Shown: one piece after another, positions 1 to 10,395 of the stretch
How positions within the stretch are numbered: the first letter of the stretch is position 1
Layout: each line of letters opens with the position of its first letter
Sequence record: NC_015251.1
Direction: 5' to 3' (one strand)
Length of the DNA stretch: 64,000 nucleotides
Made by a program: the position numbers and the translations under genes
The notes under the pieces: model-generated
Database searches by the model: none
What the model was told of the DNA's origin: nothing
The model's input: only the letters and a program-made list of their open reading frames with translations

Positions 1-379
1 CCAGTTCCTCAATACGTCCAAGTTTCAATTTGTTTACTGGGGTATCCCAGTTAATAGGCCATCGCTCGGAATCGTTGGAATGGAAACTGTGTTTGCTATT
101 ACACGCAGAATATTGATCTCCATCAATGAAGATACCAATATCATATTGATGCAATTCACGTTCAAGTTCATAATCCCGAACTCGCTGTTCTGAGTCATAA
201 TCCAGAAGTTCTAAAGCATAGGAACGAGAGATCTTTTGAAGAGGAACTTTTACTTGGTGATAAACATTATCATAACCGCATACATTCCAGATAACAAAGT
301 TTTTACCAAAAGTGAATGCCTCTACTACAGCAACATTACCACCACACATTTCATCGAGTTGGGAAAATGATAATTTCAT
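1..379 (-). CDS. Hypothetical protein, runs off the window edge, with an apparent early frameshift
   Basis: ATG at 379 stops early, but an adjacent frame (CGNVAVVEAFTFGKNFVIW...) is open to position 1. The shift falls in a TGTGTGTG run. Confidence 0.4.
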   Translation of the reverse strand, partial: MKLSFSQLDEMCGGNVAVVEAFTFGKNFVIWNVCGYDNVYHQVKVPLQKISRSYALELLDYDSEQRVRDYELERELHQYDIGIFIDGDQYSACNSKHSFHSNDSERWPINWDTPVNKLKLGRIEEL

Positions 380-581
380 GATTAATCTACCTTAGTAATT
401 GAAAAGGAAAAGTCATTACCGTATGTACTATTACAATACAACAATTCACCGTTAATGTAAACCCCAAATCGACCACCATCATAAGTAATTTGGAGAGATT
501 TGATTTCAGGTAATACATATTGGTCTGTAGAACCCCAACCACCGGAATCATAATCTTGAAAATGGATATCGCATTTGCTGG

Positions 582-1094
582 TCATTTCTTGAGTCCTTTG
601 ATTCGGTTGTATTCTGAAGTGATGATCGGATTTTGAATAGTAGCAATATCCTTTGGATCTAGATCATCAATCTTGGCAACCACAATATTGAAAATTGTAC
701 TATTGATTTCGTCCTTAGTCAAGCCCCAATCGAAATATTGTTTCAGCAAGGGGTCTTTCTTCATCATAGCATTTAGACACTCCATAGCATATTTCACATG
801 TGCTTGAAGGATTGCGCACTTTTCGATAAAGACTGACGACTTGATGTTTTCGTGGAACTGCTCCAACACAAGAACATCATTCATGGCAGTTCGGAGATCC
901 CGTAGTGTTCCAACTTCTAGCGCGTAAAGTTCTTCACAGATACCGGCGATCCTGACTTCGGCCTTTTTCTGTTGGCTTGAAGGATTGACAAGACCAAAGA
1001 AGATTTCAGAAGGTGGATACAAACTGGTCTTTTTACAGAATACATCCAAAACAGAAGAACGGAAATATGGATAGTTTTTCATTTTATTCTCCAA
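582..1094 (-). CDS. Hypothetical protein
   Basis: 170-aa ORF packed among co-directional genes; no recognised motif. Confidence 0.65.
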   Translation of the reverse strand: MENKMKNYPYFRSSVLDVFCKKTSLYPPSEIFFGLVNPSSQQKKAEVRIAGICEELYALEVGTLRDLRTAMNDVLVLEQFHENIKSSVFIEKCAILQAHVKYAMECLNAMMKKDPLLKQYFDWGLTKDEINSTIFNIVVAKIDDLDPKDIATIQNPIITSEYNRIKGLKK

Positions 1095-1321
1095 ACTTAA
1101 TATTACGTGGAAACTTAAAACCGGTTACTTCTTCATACTTAATTCTAATTTCTTCTGCCCAGACTTCAGGATCTTTATCCTTAACGTATTCAACGAATGC
1201 ATGTTGATCACCAAACACAATATTGATGGTTTCCATAACACGCCGTTCGTGAGCAAACAACATATGTGATGGTAATTGACTACTGGGTGTTCCTACTGGG
1301 AAATCAAGAATATTTTTCATT

Positions 1322-1555
1322 TTATTCTCCAACGAATGATTTAATTTTAGTTTGGATCTCTTGGTAACTCAAGATAGGTTTCTTCAGGATCTCATCTGAA
1401 TAACCCCAAATCCCATCGTCTGACACCAACAAAGATTCAGATAATCCCGTTTTCGGATCTCGGGTCATAGCCAATCCCAATGGATGGAGAACTTCATGGT
1501 TGATACGATGAATCAACCCTAACTGACTTGCTTGGTTCCAATCGATAGTTTTCAT
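1322..1555 (-). CDS. Conserved phage hypothetical protein
   Basis: LGLIHRINHEVLHPLGLA motif, recalled as a common phage family. Confidence 0.65.
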   Translation of the reverse strand: MKTIDWNQASQLGLIHRINHEVLHPLGLAMTRDPKTGLSESLLVSDDGIWGYSDEILKKPILSYQEIQTKIKSFVGE

Positions 1556-1747
1556 TGTTTACCCATTTTAATATAATTCATGATTGTTTTATATTCGGGG
1601 TGTTCGATCACCAACGCCGGACAAATTTCTGGATCAATATCCATAATGATTCTGATGATGCGTGGGGTGATAGCTCACAGACAGTTTAGAAATTTGGAGC
1701 TGTACGTTGTTAACATCAATAATCGCTTTCATATAAGATTTCCCTGT

Positions 1748-1790
1748 TAATTGATGTGGGTAGTATCTCATACCCACATATGCGTGTCAA
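1748..1790 (-). promoter_or_regulatory. Sigma70-type early promoter with an inverted repeat over the -10
   Basis: TTGACA-17 bp-GATACT; ATGTGGGTA...TACCCACAT palindrome spans the -10. Confidence 0.75.
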
Positions 1791-2035
1791 TCGTAAACTT
1801 TGAAAAATTCTCTCAGTTCGTAATCATATACTGCTACTGGATGAGCTTTATAGATTTTTTACCATCTTGGTAATATTCACTATAGAAAATGTAACCTTGT
1901 GGGTTTGTTTGATATGGGTCCTCTTCTACGTATACATTGCAATATTCGTAAATATGAAACCAGTCAACCAGTGAATGATGGTTTTTGATCATATCTTCAT
2001 CTGGGTATGCAGATATTATGAAATCTTTTTCTAGT

Positions 2036-2359
2036 TTATGAATTAGCTTTACGCGCTTCATCTTTAATAGCCTCACTTAAACACTCATCAAGATCGCCAC
2101 CACCATTATACCAAAGAGATATAAATTTGATAGTACCATCCTTTGTTTTGGTAACTTCAACATAACCACATGGGTCTAGTTTTGTATACTCAATAACCTT
2201 ATGGACGATGCCACCAACCAAAATATATTCTTTTGATTTATGATACTTATCCAAAAATTCTTCTAGTGCATCATAAGAATCTTCAATTTTCATAAATGTT
2301 TCTACAGATACACCAAGGGAAATGATTTCCCCTTTAACAAATTCCATACTACTCATCAT
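2036..2359 (-). CDS. Conserved phage hypothetical protein
   Basis: 107-aa ORF with a C-terminal WYNGGGDLDE motif. Confidence 0.6.
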   Translation of the reverse strand: MMSSMEFVKGEIISLGVSVETFMKIEDSYDALEEFLDKYHKSKEYILVGGIVHKVIEYTKLDPCGYVEVTKTKDGTIKFISLWYNGGGDLDECLSEAIKDEARKANS

Positions 2360-2816
2360 TCAACCTCATAAAATATGCATACATGGAGTGATTGGTATCA
2401 TATGTTACTTCTTTACCAAACCACTCTGGATAGTCAGAAAAATCGAGAGCTTCTTTTTCGCTAGGAAACTCAACCTCTGCATAATATGTATTAGGGTAAT
2501 CTAATATTTCGTCAAATTCAATGGTATATCCCATCCAAGGCATTTTGTATCGAATCTTACGCAAACCAAACCCGCCACTAGCATAAACGATCTCATGAAA
2601 CTCGTCCTCTTCTATTTCGAATTCGTCTTCATCCCGAGATAGACCGAAACCGGTTTTTACAGTGCGGATATATTGATAACTATAATCCCTAAAAAGTACC
2701 TTTCGATATCGAACTCCGTCAATATACCACTGAGTCATATATACAGTTTCAATATTTTCAAATTCAACATCTGGAAATTCGTCTACAACCCACTTACGTT
2801 CAATTTCTTTAGCCAT
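2349..2816 (-). CDS. CYTH / triphosphate tunnel metalloenzyme
   Basis: N-terminal ExExK (KEIERKW), RYR, RKIRY and a C-terminal AEVEF motif. Confidence 0.85.
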   Translation of the reverse strand: MAKEIERKWVVDEFPDVEFENIETVYMTQWYIDGVRYRKVLFRDYSYQYIRTVKTGFGLSRDEDEFEIEEDEFHEIVYASGGFGLRKIRYKMPWMGYTIEFDEILDYPNTYYAEVEFPSEKEALDFSDYPEWFGKEVTYDTNHSMYAYFMRLNDE

Positions 2817-3192
2817 TATTAATTACCATGTTTATTTTGTTCTGCAACTCGATACCCCATTTGGTTTCTGCACCAAAGAAATTATATGCTTCATAATTCC
2901 AGAATTTACGATTAGGATTTACAAGATCTACCTTATCGCTAGAGAATTGAGCGAACCCCCTACGTGGAATAATCAACTTATCATTCAGAGCTTTCTGGAA
3001 AACAATATTATTCTGAGCAAACCACTTAGCTTTGATATCAATAAGTTCACGAATCTTATCAAGGTCGCAAGTCTTATCAATGTCTAAGGACAAAATTGCA
3101 GAGTGGACAAAAACCTTACAACCCAATCCATCAATGTATGACAGATCGATATAAAATCTAAGTTTATCCTTTTTCTTGAACCATTCTAACAT
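2809..3192 (-). CDS. Hypothetical protein
   Basis: 127-aa ORF overlapping the CYTH start. Confidence 0.6.
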   Translation of the reverse strand: MLEWFKKKDKLRFYIDLSYIDGLGCKVFVHSAILSLDIDKTCDLDKIRELIDIKAKWFAQNNIVFQKALNDKLIIPRRGFAQFSSDKVDLVNPNRKFWNYEAYNFFGAETKWGIELQNKINMVINNG

Positions 3193-3201
3193 AAAAACCT
3201 C

Positions 3202-3303
3202 TTACGAACGTAGTGAGTAACGGCTTTGCCGCCTCGCAAGTTCGGATTTTTCTAATTATAAAGTTTCTATTAATATATTATAGAACTTTATACTTTGATT
3301 ACA
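3202..3303 (+). repeat. Intergenic hairpin/palindrome element, copy 1
   Basis: TTACGAACGTAGTGAGTAACGGC plus ATTTTTCTAATTATAAAGTTTCTATTAATATATTATAGAACTTTATA; a near-identical inverted copy lies at 55713-55817. Confidence 0.9.
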
Positions 3304-3406
3304 TTTGAAACTAACTCATATAAAGCGTTTTAAGAGACTTTACACTTAACCTATACAAAGTTATAGGGTAGGTTATAAAGTCTCTTATACGAGCATACAG
3401 AGTGGT

Positions 3407-3676
3407 CTACTGGACGATTTCGAGATATTCGTTGATCTCATCTTCAAACATTATGAAGCTGTCATTATCATCGAAAGGGAATTCGTCATTTACACCAATC
3501 AAATCACTACCCAGAAGTTCACCTTCGAACACATCGAGGCGAATATGAGAAAACAGATCGATAACTGTCTGTGTATTCTCTGTGTTTTGTGGATAATTAG
3601 AAAAGATTGCTTTTTCTTGTTCAAGAGTGGTAATAAATTGATTGAGAGATTCTTCTGATTTAAAGCGAAATTTCAT
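3407..3676 (-). CDS. Hypothetical protein, K(F/W)KSxE...(Y/F)LEIV paralog family
   Basis: MKFRFKSEES...EINEYLEIVQ. Confidence 0.7.
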   Translation of the reverse strand: MKFRFKSEESLNQFITTLEQEKAIFSNYPQNTENTQTVIDLFSHIRLDVFEGELLGSDLIGVNDEFPFDDNDSFIMFEDEINEYLEIVQ

Positions 3677-3691
3677 TTTTCATTCTCCGAA

Positions 3692-4459
3692 TTATTGAAT
3701 AGTCATATAAACTGTATTTGATGGAAGACTTTTAACAAGCTCCTTCTTGGGGATTCGAATAATATCCAATCGTTGAAGCTTTACAAACTCTCCATCAGAA
3801 AAGAAATCTTCCGATTTTAGAAATCCGTCTTCGATCCATACAGCAGTAAAGATACCAGATTCTGGCATGGTGTCAACCTGTTTTACCTGTTGTTCAAATT
3901 GACTACCAACTTCAACTAGATGATCTTCTACCTCATGAGGTAGGAACAAAATTTGATTTTGGAAACCGATACCATCTGCCTTGAAAATAGATTTATCATT
4001 TTTATAAGCCGCACCTATACCACCTTCACCGATAAAACTTACTTTTTTGCAAATTTGGTCGAGAATGATTTCCAATTCGGTTAGGTATCTTTGATCCCAA
4101 TTACGTTGAAATGCACAGAATACTCGTTCTTTCCACAACACCGGACTGTCTGAATTTTTCCACTTATACCAAGTTTCAACTTTCTCATGGGTTTGTTCAG
4201 TACCAATTTCCACCAAATAATTATTAATATCGTCATCGGTGAATATTAGAAGACCATATACGGATTTATCATTGACCATAGTTACATCGTTAACCCACTT
4301 TTCATGGAAAACGCAAACCATCTCTTTCTCTCCGATAATACTAGCAGCAAATTGAAATTCTTCGCTATTATCACCAAAGATCTTAAATATCTTATTTAAC
4401 CACTCGGATTTTGATTTTGAATCCTTCCATTTATATGTTTTTACTTTACTCATATACAA
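3692..4459 (-). CDS. Hypothetical protein with two tandem paralog-family modules and a C-terminal MPxxGxFxAV module
   Basis: YKWKDS...NYLVEIG, then YKWKNS...DHLVEVG, then MPESGIFTAVW. Confidence 0.7.
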   Translation of the reverse strand: MYMSKVKTYKWKDSKSKSEWLNKIFKIFGDNSEEFQFAASIIGEKEMVCVFHEKWVNDVTMVNDKSVYGLLIFTDDDINNYLVEIGTEQTHEKVETWYKWKNSDSPVLWKERVFCAFQRNWDQRYLTELEIILDQICKKVSFIGEGGIGAAYKNDKSIFKADGIGFQNQILFLPHEVEDHLVEVGSQFEQQVKQVDTMPESGIFTAVWIEDGFLKSEDFFSDGEFVKLQRLDIIRIPKKELVKSLPSNTVYMTIQ

Positions 4460-4582
4460 CCTCTGCTAGTTTTTTGTAAACAAGATTTAGCCCATCGACC
4501 GAATCTTTTAAGTCTTGTGTATGAAACACATCAGAGCATACTATAGCTAAAACTCCAAGTAAAGACCCAATCAAAATATATT

Positions 4583-5158
4583 TCATACATACCCGAGTCG
4601 TTTAGCTTCTTTCTCGTTGATTGCAACAAATCCGTCATCCGTCCGGATCACATAGTCACTTTCCACAACAAGATTACCGTTGAGCAAACACATACCTACC
4701 GCATTTGGACTGCGATATTTCCGGAACCCGTCTACTGCGTCACCTGCAAAGGTTTTAAGTTCGTCAATACCTTCCTGACTATATACAAACTTTACGTATT
4801 TTTTCATATCATTTTCCTCTTTTATCTCAACCTTATCATAGGTTTTCCAAAAAATATCTGGCTTACATGCATAGTATTCCCCATCAACCCCTTTAATAAT
4901 AAAGTCTCCCGGAGTTACTACGTGTTTACCTTCACGAGTATCAATAACACCCATAACCTCCCAAGTCCACATATTACTATCTGAACTACAACCGCTAGTA
5001 CCAAGCAGATTAAAGATCTCCATGTAATCTGTAGGTCTTACCATTGGGTGATCTTTACAATCCCTCGCCCATATAGGCATTCCGTTTGTGTCTGGTGCAT
5101 TCCATTGAATAGCCTCTACAACCACCGGCTTTTTACGATATAGATTATTCAGATTCAC
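4583..5158 (-). CDS. Conserved phage protein (YRKKPVVVEAIQW...PGDFII...CKPDIF family) with a degenerate second copy
   Basis: Motifs in the translation; internal GAGGA-ATG before MKKYVKF. Confidence 0.75.
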   Translation of the reverse strand: MNLNNLYRKKPVVVEAIQWNAPDTNGMPIWARDCKDHPMVRPTDYMEIFNLLGTSGCSSDSNMWTWEVMGVIDTREGKHVVTPGDFIIKGVDGEYYACKPDIFWKTYDKVEIKEENDMKKYVKFVYSQEGIDELKTFAGDAVDGFRKYRSPNAVGMCLLNGNLVVESDYVIRTDDGFVAINEKEAKRLGYV

Positions 5159-6517
5159 AGTTGAATCTCCATGATACTAATAAAATTCCAAGTCCATAAC
5201 CCATCGATTTCATCTTTTCTACAACCAGACATATCAATAACGTATTTTTCTACGATTTCTGTTATAGCTTTCCGATCAACAATGTGTTCATCATGGTCAA
5301 CAACTAACACTTGCTCATTGTTGTTCCCACCAAAAGGACCACAAATATCATACTCACACCAAATTTTTATGTAACTTTTCATTTGTTTTTAAACCTCTGC
5401 TCTATTTGATTAATAACCATTTCATATCCAGAATATGGGGTAACATATGCTACTCCCCTTTCGGACCCATGTAAAGTCATTTTAACTGCGTCATTATGAC
5501 CTACCATAAACTTATATTCCACACGAAGAACACCCTTTTCAAATACGGTTGATTCTACCTTAATAGGGCCAAGGTGCTCTTTTTGGAACTGCTTTAGGGT
5601 TTGTACCAAAGTAATTCGTTGTGAGTCTGTGATAGATTCAACGGCCTTATAGAACTGGTTTTCTTGAAACTGTCGGATCTCATGTTTTACCATATCTATA
5701 ATTTTATCAACGCCGTCAGTTCTAACATAGTCAAAACGATAATTCATACACACCTCACATATTTAAAAGTTACCATTGGGGTAAACATTCTATATTCGTT
5801 GGGGACCATACACCAACATACTACTTCATAACCCATACTTTGGGCAGCGAGATCTACCTCATAAATCCAATCTTCTGCGAATGAAGTATCAATAACTCGA
5901 TTATCATACTTACTCAAAATCGGAAATTGTATAGACAAATCGTTATGAGATTTAACAACGAATTTACCTTTCCACGAACTCATGATATCACCCATATTCC
6001 TGATTTGATGTTTTTATAAAGGCCCAAATTAGTAACCATCATAGTTTTCCATTTACTACCCATGCAGTAGTTGATAACCAGACCGCGCGAGTTATGGACA
6101 ATGTACCAACCCATTTATATTTTCCAGTATTACCAGATGATACACCGTTTATAATGCATTTTACAATAACAAATAAAACGGAAATATTCATTATACCCCT
6201 CTCCAACATTGGAACAATCATAACATGGAGCATATCCATGTAAGTTTGACGATAATCGTCTTGATGGATTTCTTTAATCACCTCATATATATCCCGACCA
6301 TTGAGTGACCAGCTAATAACTTCCGCATTATCTATTTCACGAAACGGATTACCGTTCAGCTTAATGATAATGAAGTTTGAACTTTTTGGAAGATCAATAA
6401 GCCATTCATTTCGGCCTGCTAGGGATTTACCATGGGTTGACAAAACTTTACGAACATCTTCATTGATAAATTGGATTCTCATACACATCTCCTTGATTCA
6501 GATTCCATAATACCAGA

Positions 6518-6556
6518 AACAAAAATGGGATCAAGCATTATTTGCCCGATCCCATT
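6518..6556 (-). terminator. Rho-independent terminator closing the 6560-8038 cluster
   Basis: AATGGGATCGGGCA-AATAA-TGCTTGATCCCATT followed by TTTG. Confidence 0.75.
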
Positions 6557-6559
6557 AAA

Positions 6560-6892
6560 TTATTTCTTCAACATACCATTCAGCTTATCAAAAGCCGCAT
6601 TGAAGTTCTTTTGTGTGTCTTCTTTTGAACGACTAAACTTAACCTGACCGAATGTTTCGATAGGGCTAATGTTTGTCTTTGTCAAGTCAACATTTTCTTT
6701 AACCCAACGTTTCCATTCGTGTTGTTGAACCTCGTAATACTTTTTAGCATCACGGATCCCACCGGTTGTCATACGACCTTGAACCGCACTCAACATAGAA
6801 ATGTATTGGTTAACAATACGATTATAGTCTTTTGAGGTTTTCAAAACGTGTGCCTCATCAAGACGCTCGAAAAATTTACTGTTATCTAACAT
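6560..6892 (-). CDS. Hypothetical protein, candidate internal head protein
   Basis: N-terminus MLDNSKFFERLDE resembles T4-type capsid-targeting/gp21-cleavage leaders; basic body. Confidence 0.55.
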   Translation of the reverse strand: MLDNSKFFERLDEAHVLKTSKDYNRIVNQYISMLSAVQGRMTTGGIRDAKKYYEVQQHEWKRWVKENVDLTKTNISPIETFGQVKFSRSKEDTQKNFNAAFDKLNGMLKK

Positions 6893-6893
6893 A

Positions 6894-7166
6894 TTACCCC
6901 CGAGCTTTCATAACTGCATCGACTACATCTTTGTTATTTGACATAGCAAACATAACAGCAGCTTTACCGATTGCGGTCTTTTTGGTCAGTTGTTCACCTG
7001 ACCATTTAGCCTTGGCATCAAAAGAACCAAATTTAAGTTCGTGTTTTTCGATCCAAGTATTGAAAAATTCTGCCAGTGAATCTTTAAATTGTTTGTTAAT
7101 CAGATCTTTAGATTCACTCAGAAGAGATACATCCAGTTTTTCGTTCAACTCATTGAATTTTTTCAT
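6894..7166 (-). CDS. Hypothetical protein, candidate internal head protein
   Basis: MKKFNELNEKLDVSLLSE leader with LxE sites. Confidence 0.55.
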   Translation of the reverse strand: MKKFNELNEKLDVSLLSESKDLINKQFKDSLAEFFNTWIEKHELKFGSFDAKAKWSGEQLTKKTAIGKAAVMFAMSNNKDVVDAVMKARG

Positions 7167-7178
7167 TTTATTTTTCCT

Positions 7179-8038
7179 TTAGTATCCGTAATTTTTGGCA
7201 GCAACTTCATCATAAACTTCAAACGTTTTGAACTTACCGGTTTCTTCATCGCCAAAAGAGTATACACCTTCTTTCAGGTTAATGGAAAGCTTTTTATACT
7301 CATCCCCGATTTTTATTTTAGCAAATTCACTATCACCAATCATAACTGGATACTCAACACCTTCCAATGTAAGCATAGTTCCCAACTGGGCAATAGATCC
7401 GGTTTGACGATCTGACGGACTTAGATTTTTAAAATTTACTTGTCCGGAAGTCGCTTTTGAACTAAACGCATCCATAGCCTCGGTTAATTTCTGGTCATAG
7501 TCAAACAATTGAACACCATCTACGTCATGACCTAAAATTGATTTTTGCTTCGTCCATCATTCCTTTAAAATCCGGATGGATCATAAGAGATTCAAGCAAA
7601 GACTCCATCATGGCGCTTTTCTGACCAGCAGCCAGTTGTTTATGAGAGATCTTACCGCCAGTACCTTTAGGGAACACGGTTACTATGTTAATTTCTCGTC
7701 CTTTAACACTAGCAACTACCGAACGGTTTTCAGATTGGGAGTGGAACATGTAGGTTCCGCCTTTAATCTTATTCGTTTCAGTATGCTTAACAATCTTACG
7801 GGCAAACTCTTTCCACTCTTCCGCCGACTTATCACCCGCTCGTTGATGTGCCCGAGCTTGTGCATGGATAGACGCTTGAACTTTAAATGGCCCTACCCGC
7901 ATAGTGACGGGTAATTTTGATTGTTTACTAAGATTAAATTCTTGGTCTTTGGTTAGTTCTACTTTTCGATTTCGACTTTCTGCCCGAACTTTCCTCGATT
8001 GATATGAGTCGAGAAAAGAAATGTTTGTTTTCTAACAT
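7179..8038 (-). CDS. Probable single frameshift-split gene (ORFs 8038, 7525-7902, 7179-7508) with a RelE/DUF4258-like segment
   Basis: Strong SD plus MLENKHFFSRL at 8038; overlapping open frames at the junctions; HAQARAHQR...INIVTVFP motif. Confidence 0.45.
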
Positions 8039-8068
8039 ATTATTTTCCTTAAGGTGAGTCTTACCCTT

Positions 8069-8076
8069 TATTTAGG
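8069..8076 (-). promoter_or_regulatory. Candidate T4-type late promoter (CCTAAATA)
   Basis: Variant of TATAAATA about 30 nt upstream of the 8038 start; no sigma70 -35 seen. Confidence 0.45.
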
Positions 8077-8459
8077 AAGATAAAAATAAGACAGTATGAT
8101 AGATAAAATTAGAATTATGTAAATTCCCATTTTGGTTTTCATATCATGGACGGACTCCGCGAGGATCCCAACGCCAAACCCATATAAAAATAATCCAATA
8201 TTCATAAAATACCTCATTTACGAAATTGCAAAGCAGTAAAGGGAAGAAATACCGGCTATTACATAACCAGTGGTGAATCCTTTTGATATGCTGCGCGGGT
8301 ACCTCGTACCGATTTAACGAAACAACCGCCAGCAACAAAAACAAGTGCGATTACCATTATTCTTCCCTCTCATTAGTTGATATGAGTAGTATACACTAAC
8401 GATTTATCATTTCAACATAATTTTTGAAAAGTTATAGATGAAATGCTGTATGTCTCGGA

Positions 8460-8852
8460 TCACAATCCAAACATTCTCATTACAATAAACATGATAATAT
8501 TATAATGAACTAAGTGATGAGCCATTTGGTCTAGTCCAAGATGATACCAGAACTTAGCATCTTTTGGTGTATGGTTTCTACTTAATTCTACTTTAATTTT
8601 ATCGATAACGAAATGAGAAATAAAATCAAAAAGTGTTAGTGCAACAACAACCCAGAAGCTCATACCCATGATGACCGCAACAAACATTGTCATCGCTGCA
8701 TGAACCCCACAATGAGCAGCAAGAGGAAGTTCCCAACCATTCTCTTTGAATTTCCCGAGCATATACTTACCTTGCAGTAAGTAATCAGCTAAGTAGTGTT
8801 TGACCTGATAAAAAACTAGAAGTCCAAATATAGTTAGTAAAATTTCGGTCAT
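8460..8852 (-). CDS. DUF3307-like membrane protein
   Basis: KHYLADYLLQ, HCGVHA, HFVID and DQMAHH histidine motifs in hydrophobic helices. Confidence 0.8.
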   Translation of the reverse strand: MTEILLTIFGLLVFYQVKHYLADYLLQGKYMLGKFKENGWELPLAAHCGVHAAMTMFVAVIMGMSFWVVVALTLFDFISHFVIDKIKVELSRNHTPKDAKFWYHLGLDQMAHHLVHYNIIMFIVMRMFGL

Positions 8853-9156
8853 TTATTCTTCCTCTTCATACTCATCATCTTCGTCATTATTTCGGATATA
8901 TGACATGGGATTATAACCTGACAGTGAATATCCCATCAAACTAATCAGCCATTGAATTTTTTCTTGGTCATCTGTGACGATCTCAAGATCTTCACGATCT
9001 AGGGGTTCCCTCTACTTCGGAATGTTTACCAAGGATTTCACCAAAATATACATCAGACCCAATATATTTTTCAACTACTTCCGAGTCTTCTACAAAAAGA
9101 CCTTCTACACTTCCACCACGACCGGCGTCCCAATAAAAACGATACAATTTCAACAT
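8853..9156 (-). pseudogene. Frameshifted GKHSEV-family hypothetical gene (missing from the ORF track)
   Basis: Stitching frames gives MLKLYRFYWDAGRGGSVEGLFVE...YFGEILGKHSEVEG...EEEE*; probably sequencing indels. Confidence 0.6.
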
Positions 9157-9199
9157 TTTATATTACCCCATATTTTTAGATTTAATTTTACCACAACAT

Positions 9200-10360
9200 T
9201 TATTTCAAAAAGTCCTTACATGTAATATGTTCGTCAAACACTTCCCGATATCCCAATAGGTTTGCTAGACGTTCCCGACATGCTACAACGTTAGATTCAA
9301 CTATGTCAAATCCAAAAAGTTGATGTGCGATTGTTTCTTTATCGTGACCTAGCTCGATTCTTCGTTCGGCGATTCGATATAGGATGTTTCCATCACCACA
9401 CGCGGGATCCATAAAAGACCCTTCCCAATTTGTTACGCGATCAAGCAACATATCGGTTACCACTTCAGGAGTGAAAACTTCATGAGTTGTTTTCTGACGG
9501 ACGATATCAAATTCAGAAGCCCGTCCGGTTCTTATCCTCATTGTGAGAGCCTGAGTGATAGCTACCACGACTTTCTGAATCGTAGTAGGGTAAGACCCCC
9601 ATATATTTTGAAATCCACTCACGCATCGTTGGAAGCTCTTGGTGAGGTCCGGATAAGGAACCGCTGCAAGGGTCCCGCTATCTAGGTGCTGGTTATTTTT
9701 ATAAAGAGCCAAGAATACCCGAGCATAATCAGACTTCACATATTCAAGGAATTTTTCTGCAACTTCCTTATACTTAAACCCATAATGATGCCACTTCATG
9801 TTCGGAGCAGTTTCTACTTGATAATCTTTAGGAACCATTGTAAAGAAATCTGCATTAAACCGATCTCCTGCAACGGGTACGTGTCCACGAATCAATCCTA
9901 TATTAACGAAATAATTACCTTCTGAATTTTGACTATTGAGAAGATTCTTTTCAACTGGAACCTTTTCATATAGTGGGTTTATCATAGTACCGAAATAATT
10001 AAGTTCATCAACCTTCATCCGATTGCGACCATTAATCATAGGTCCATATACGTCAATATAAGCATCGAAAGGAACACCATTCAATGTGTGAGTAATTGAC
10101 AATGGAACAAATAACCCAGCAGAGAAATAAAGATTACCATCGATTAGTTCCATGGAAGTCATATTGGTTCTAATAATGTTCTTGAACTCGGTAACCCGCT
10201 TCTGTTCCTTCACCTTACGCCGGTTGAAAGCTGGGGCTGATGGATGAATACAAATGATCTCTCTACACATACCAAATGCTTTGTTAAAGAAATCAAGATG
10301 TAGATTCTTGTTATATGGTGGATTCATTATTACATAGTCAAATGAACGATCCTCTATCAT
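9200..10360 (-). CDS. N6-adenine DNA methyltransferase with NPPY first and FTP/DPACGDG last (permuted, or two genes fused by a frameshift)
   Basis: FDYVIMNPPY at aa 7-16; EVFTP, FMDPACGDGN, LFGFDI and CKDFL in the last ~110 aa. Confidence 0.85.
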   Translation of the reverse strand: MIEDRSFDYVIMNPPYNKNLHLDFFNKAFGMCREIICIHPSAPAFNRRKVKEQKRVTEFKNIIRTNMTSMELIDGNLYFSAGLFVPLSITHTLNGVPFDAYIDVYGPMINGRNRMKVDELNYFGTMINPLYEKVPVEKNLLNSQNSEGNYFVNIGLIRGHVPVAGDRFNADFFTMVPKDYQVETAPNMKWHHYGFKYKEVAEKFLEYVKSDYARVFLALYKNNQHLDSGTLAAVPYPDLTKSFQRCVSGFQNIWGSYPTTIQKVVVAITQALTMRIRTGRASEFDIVRQKTTHEVFTPEVVTDMLLDRVTNWEGSFMDPACGDGNILYRIAERRIELGHDKETIAHQLFGFDIVESNVVACRERLANLLGYREVFDEHITCKDFLK

Positions 10361-10373
10361 AAAATACCTTTTA

Positions 10374-10395
10374 ATAAAAGGGGCGGTTAGCCCCT
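10374..10395 (-). terminator. Rho-independent terminator
   Basis: AGGGGC-TAACC-GCCCCT followed by TTTATT. Confidence 0.8.
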
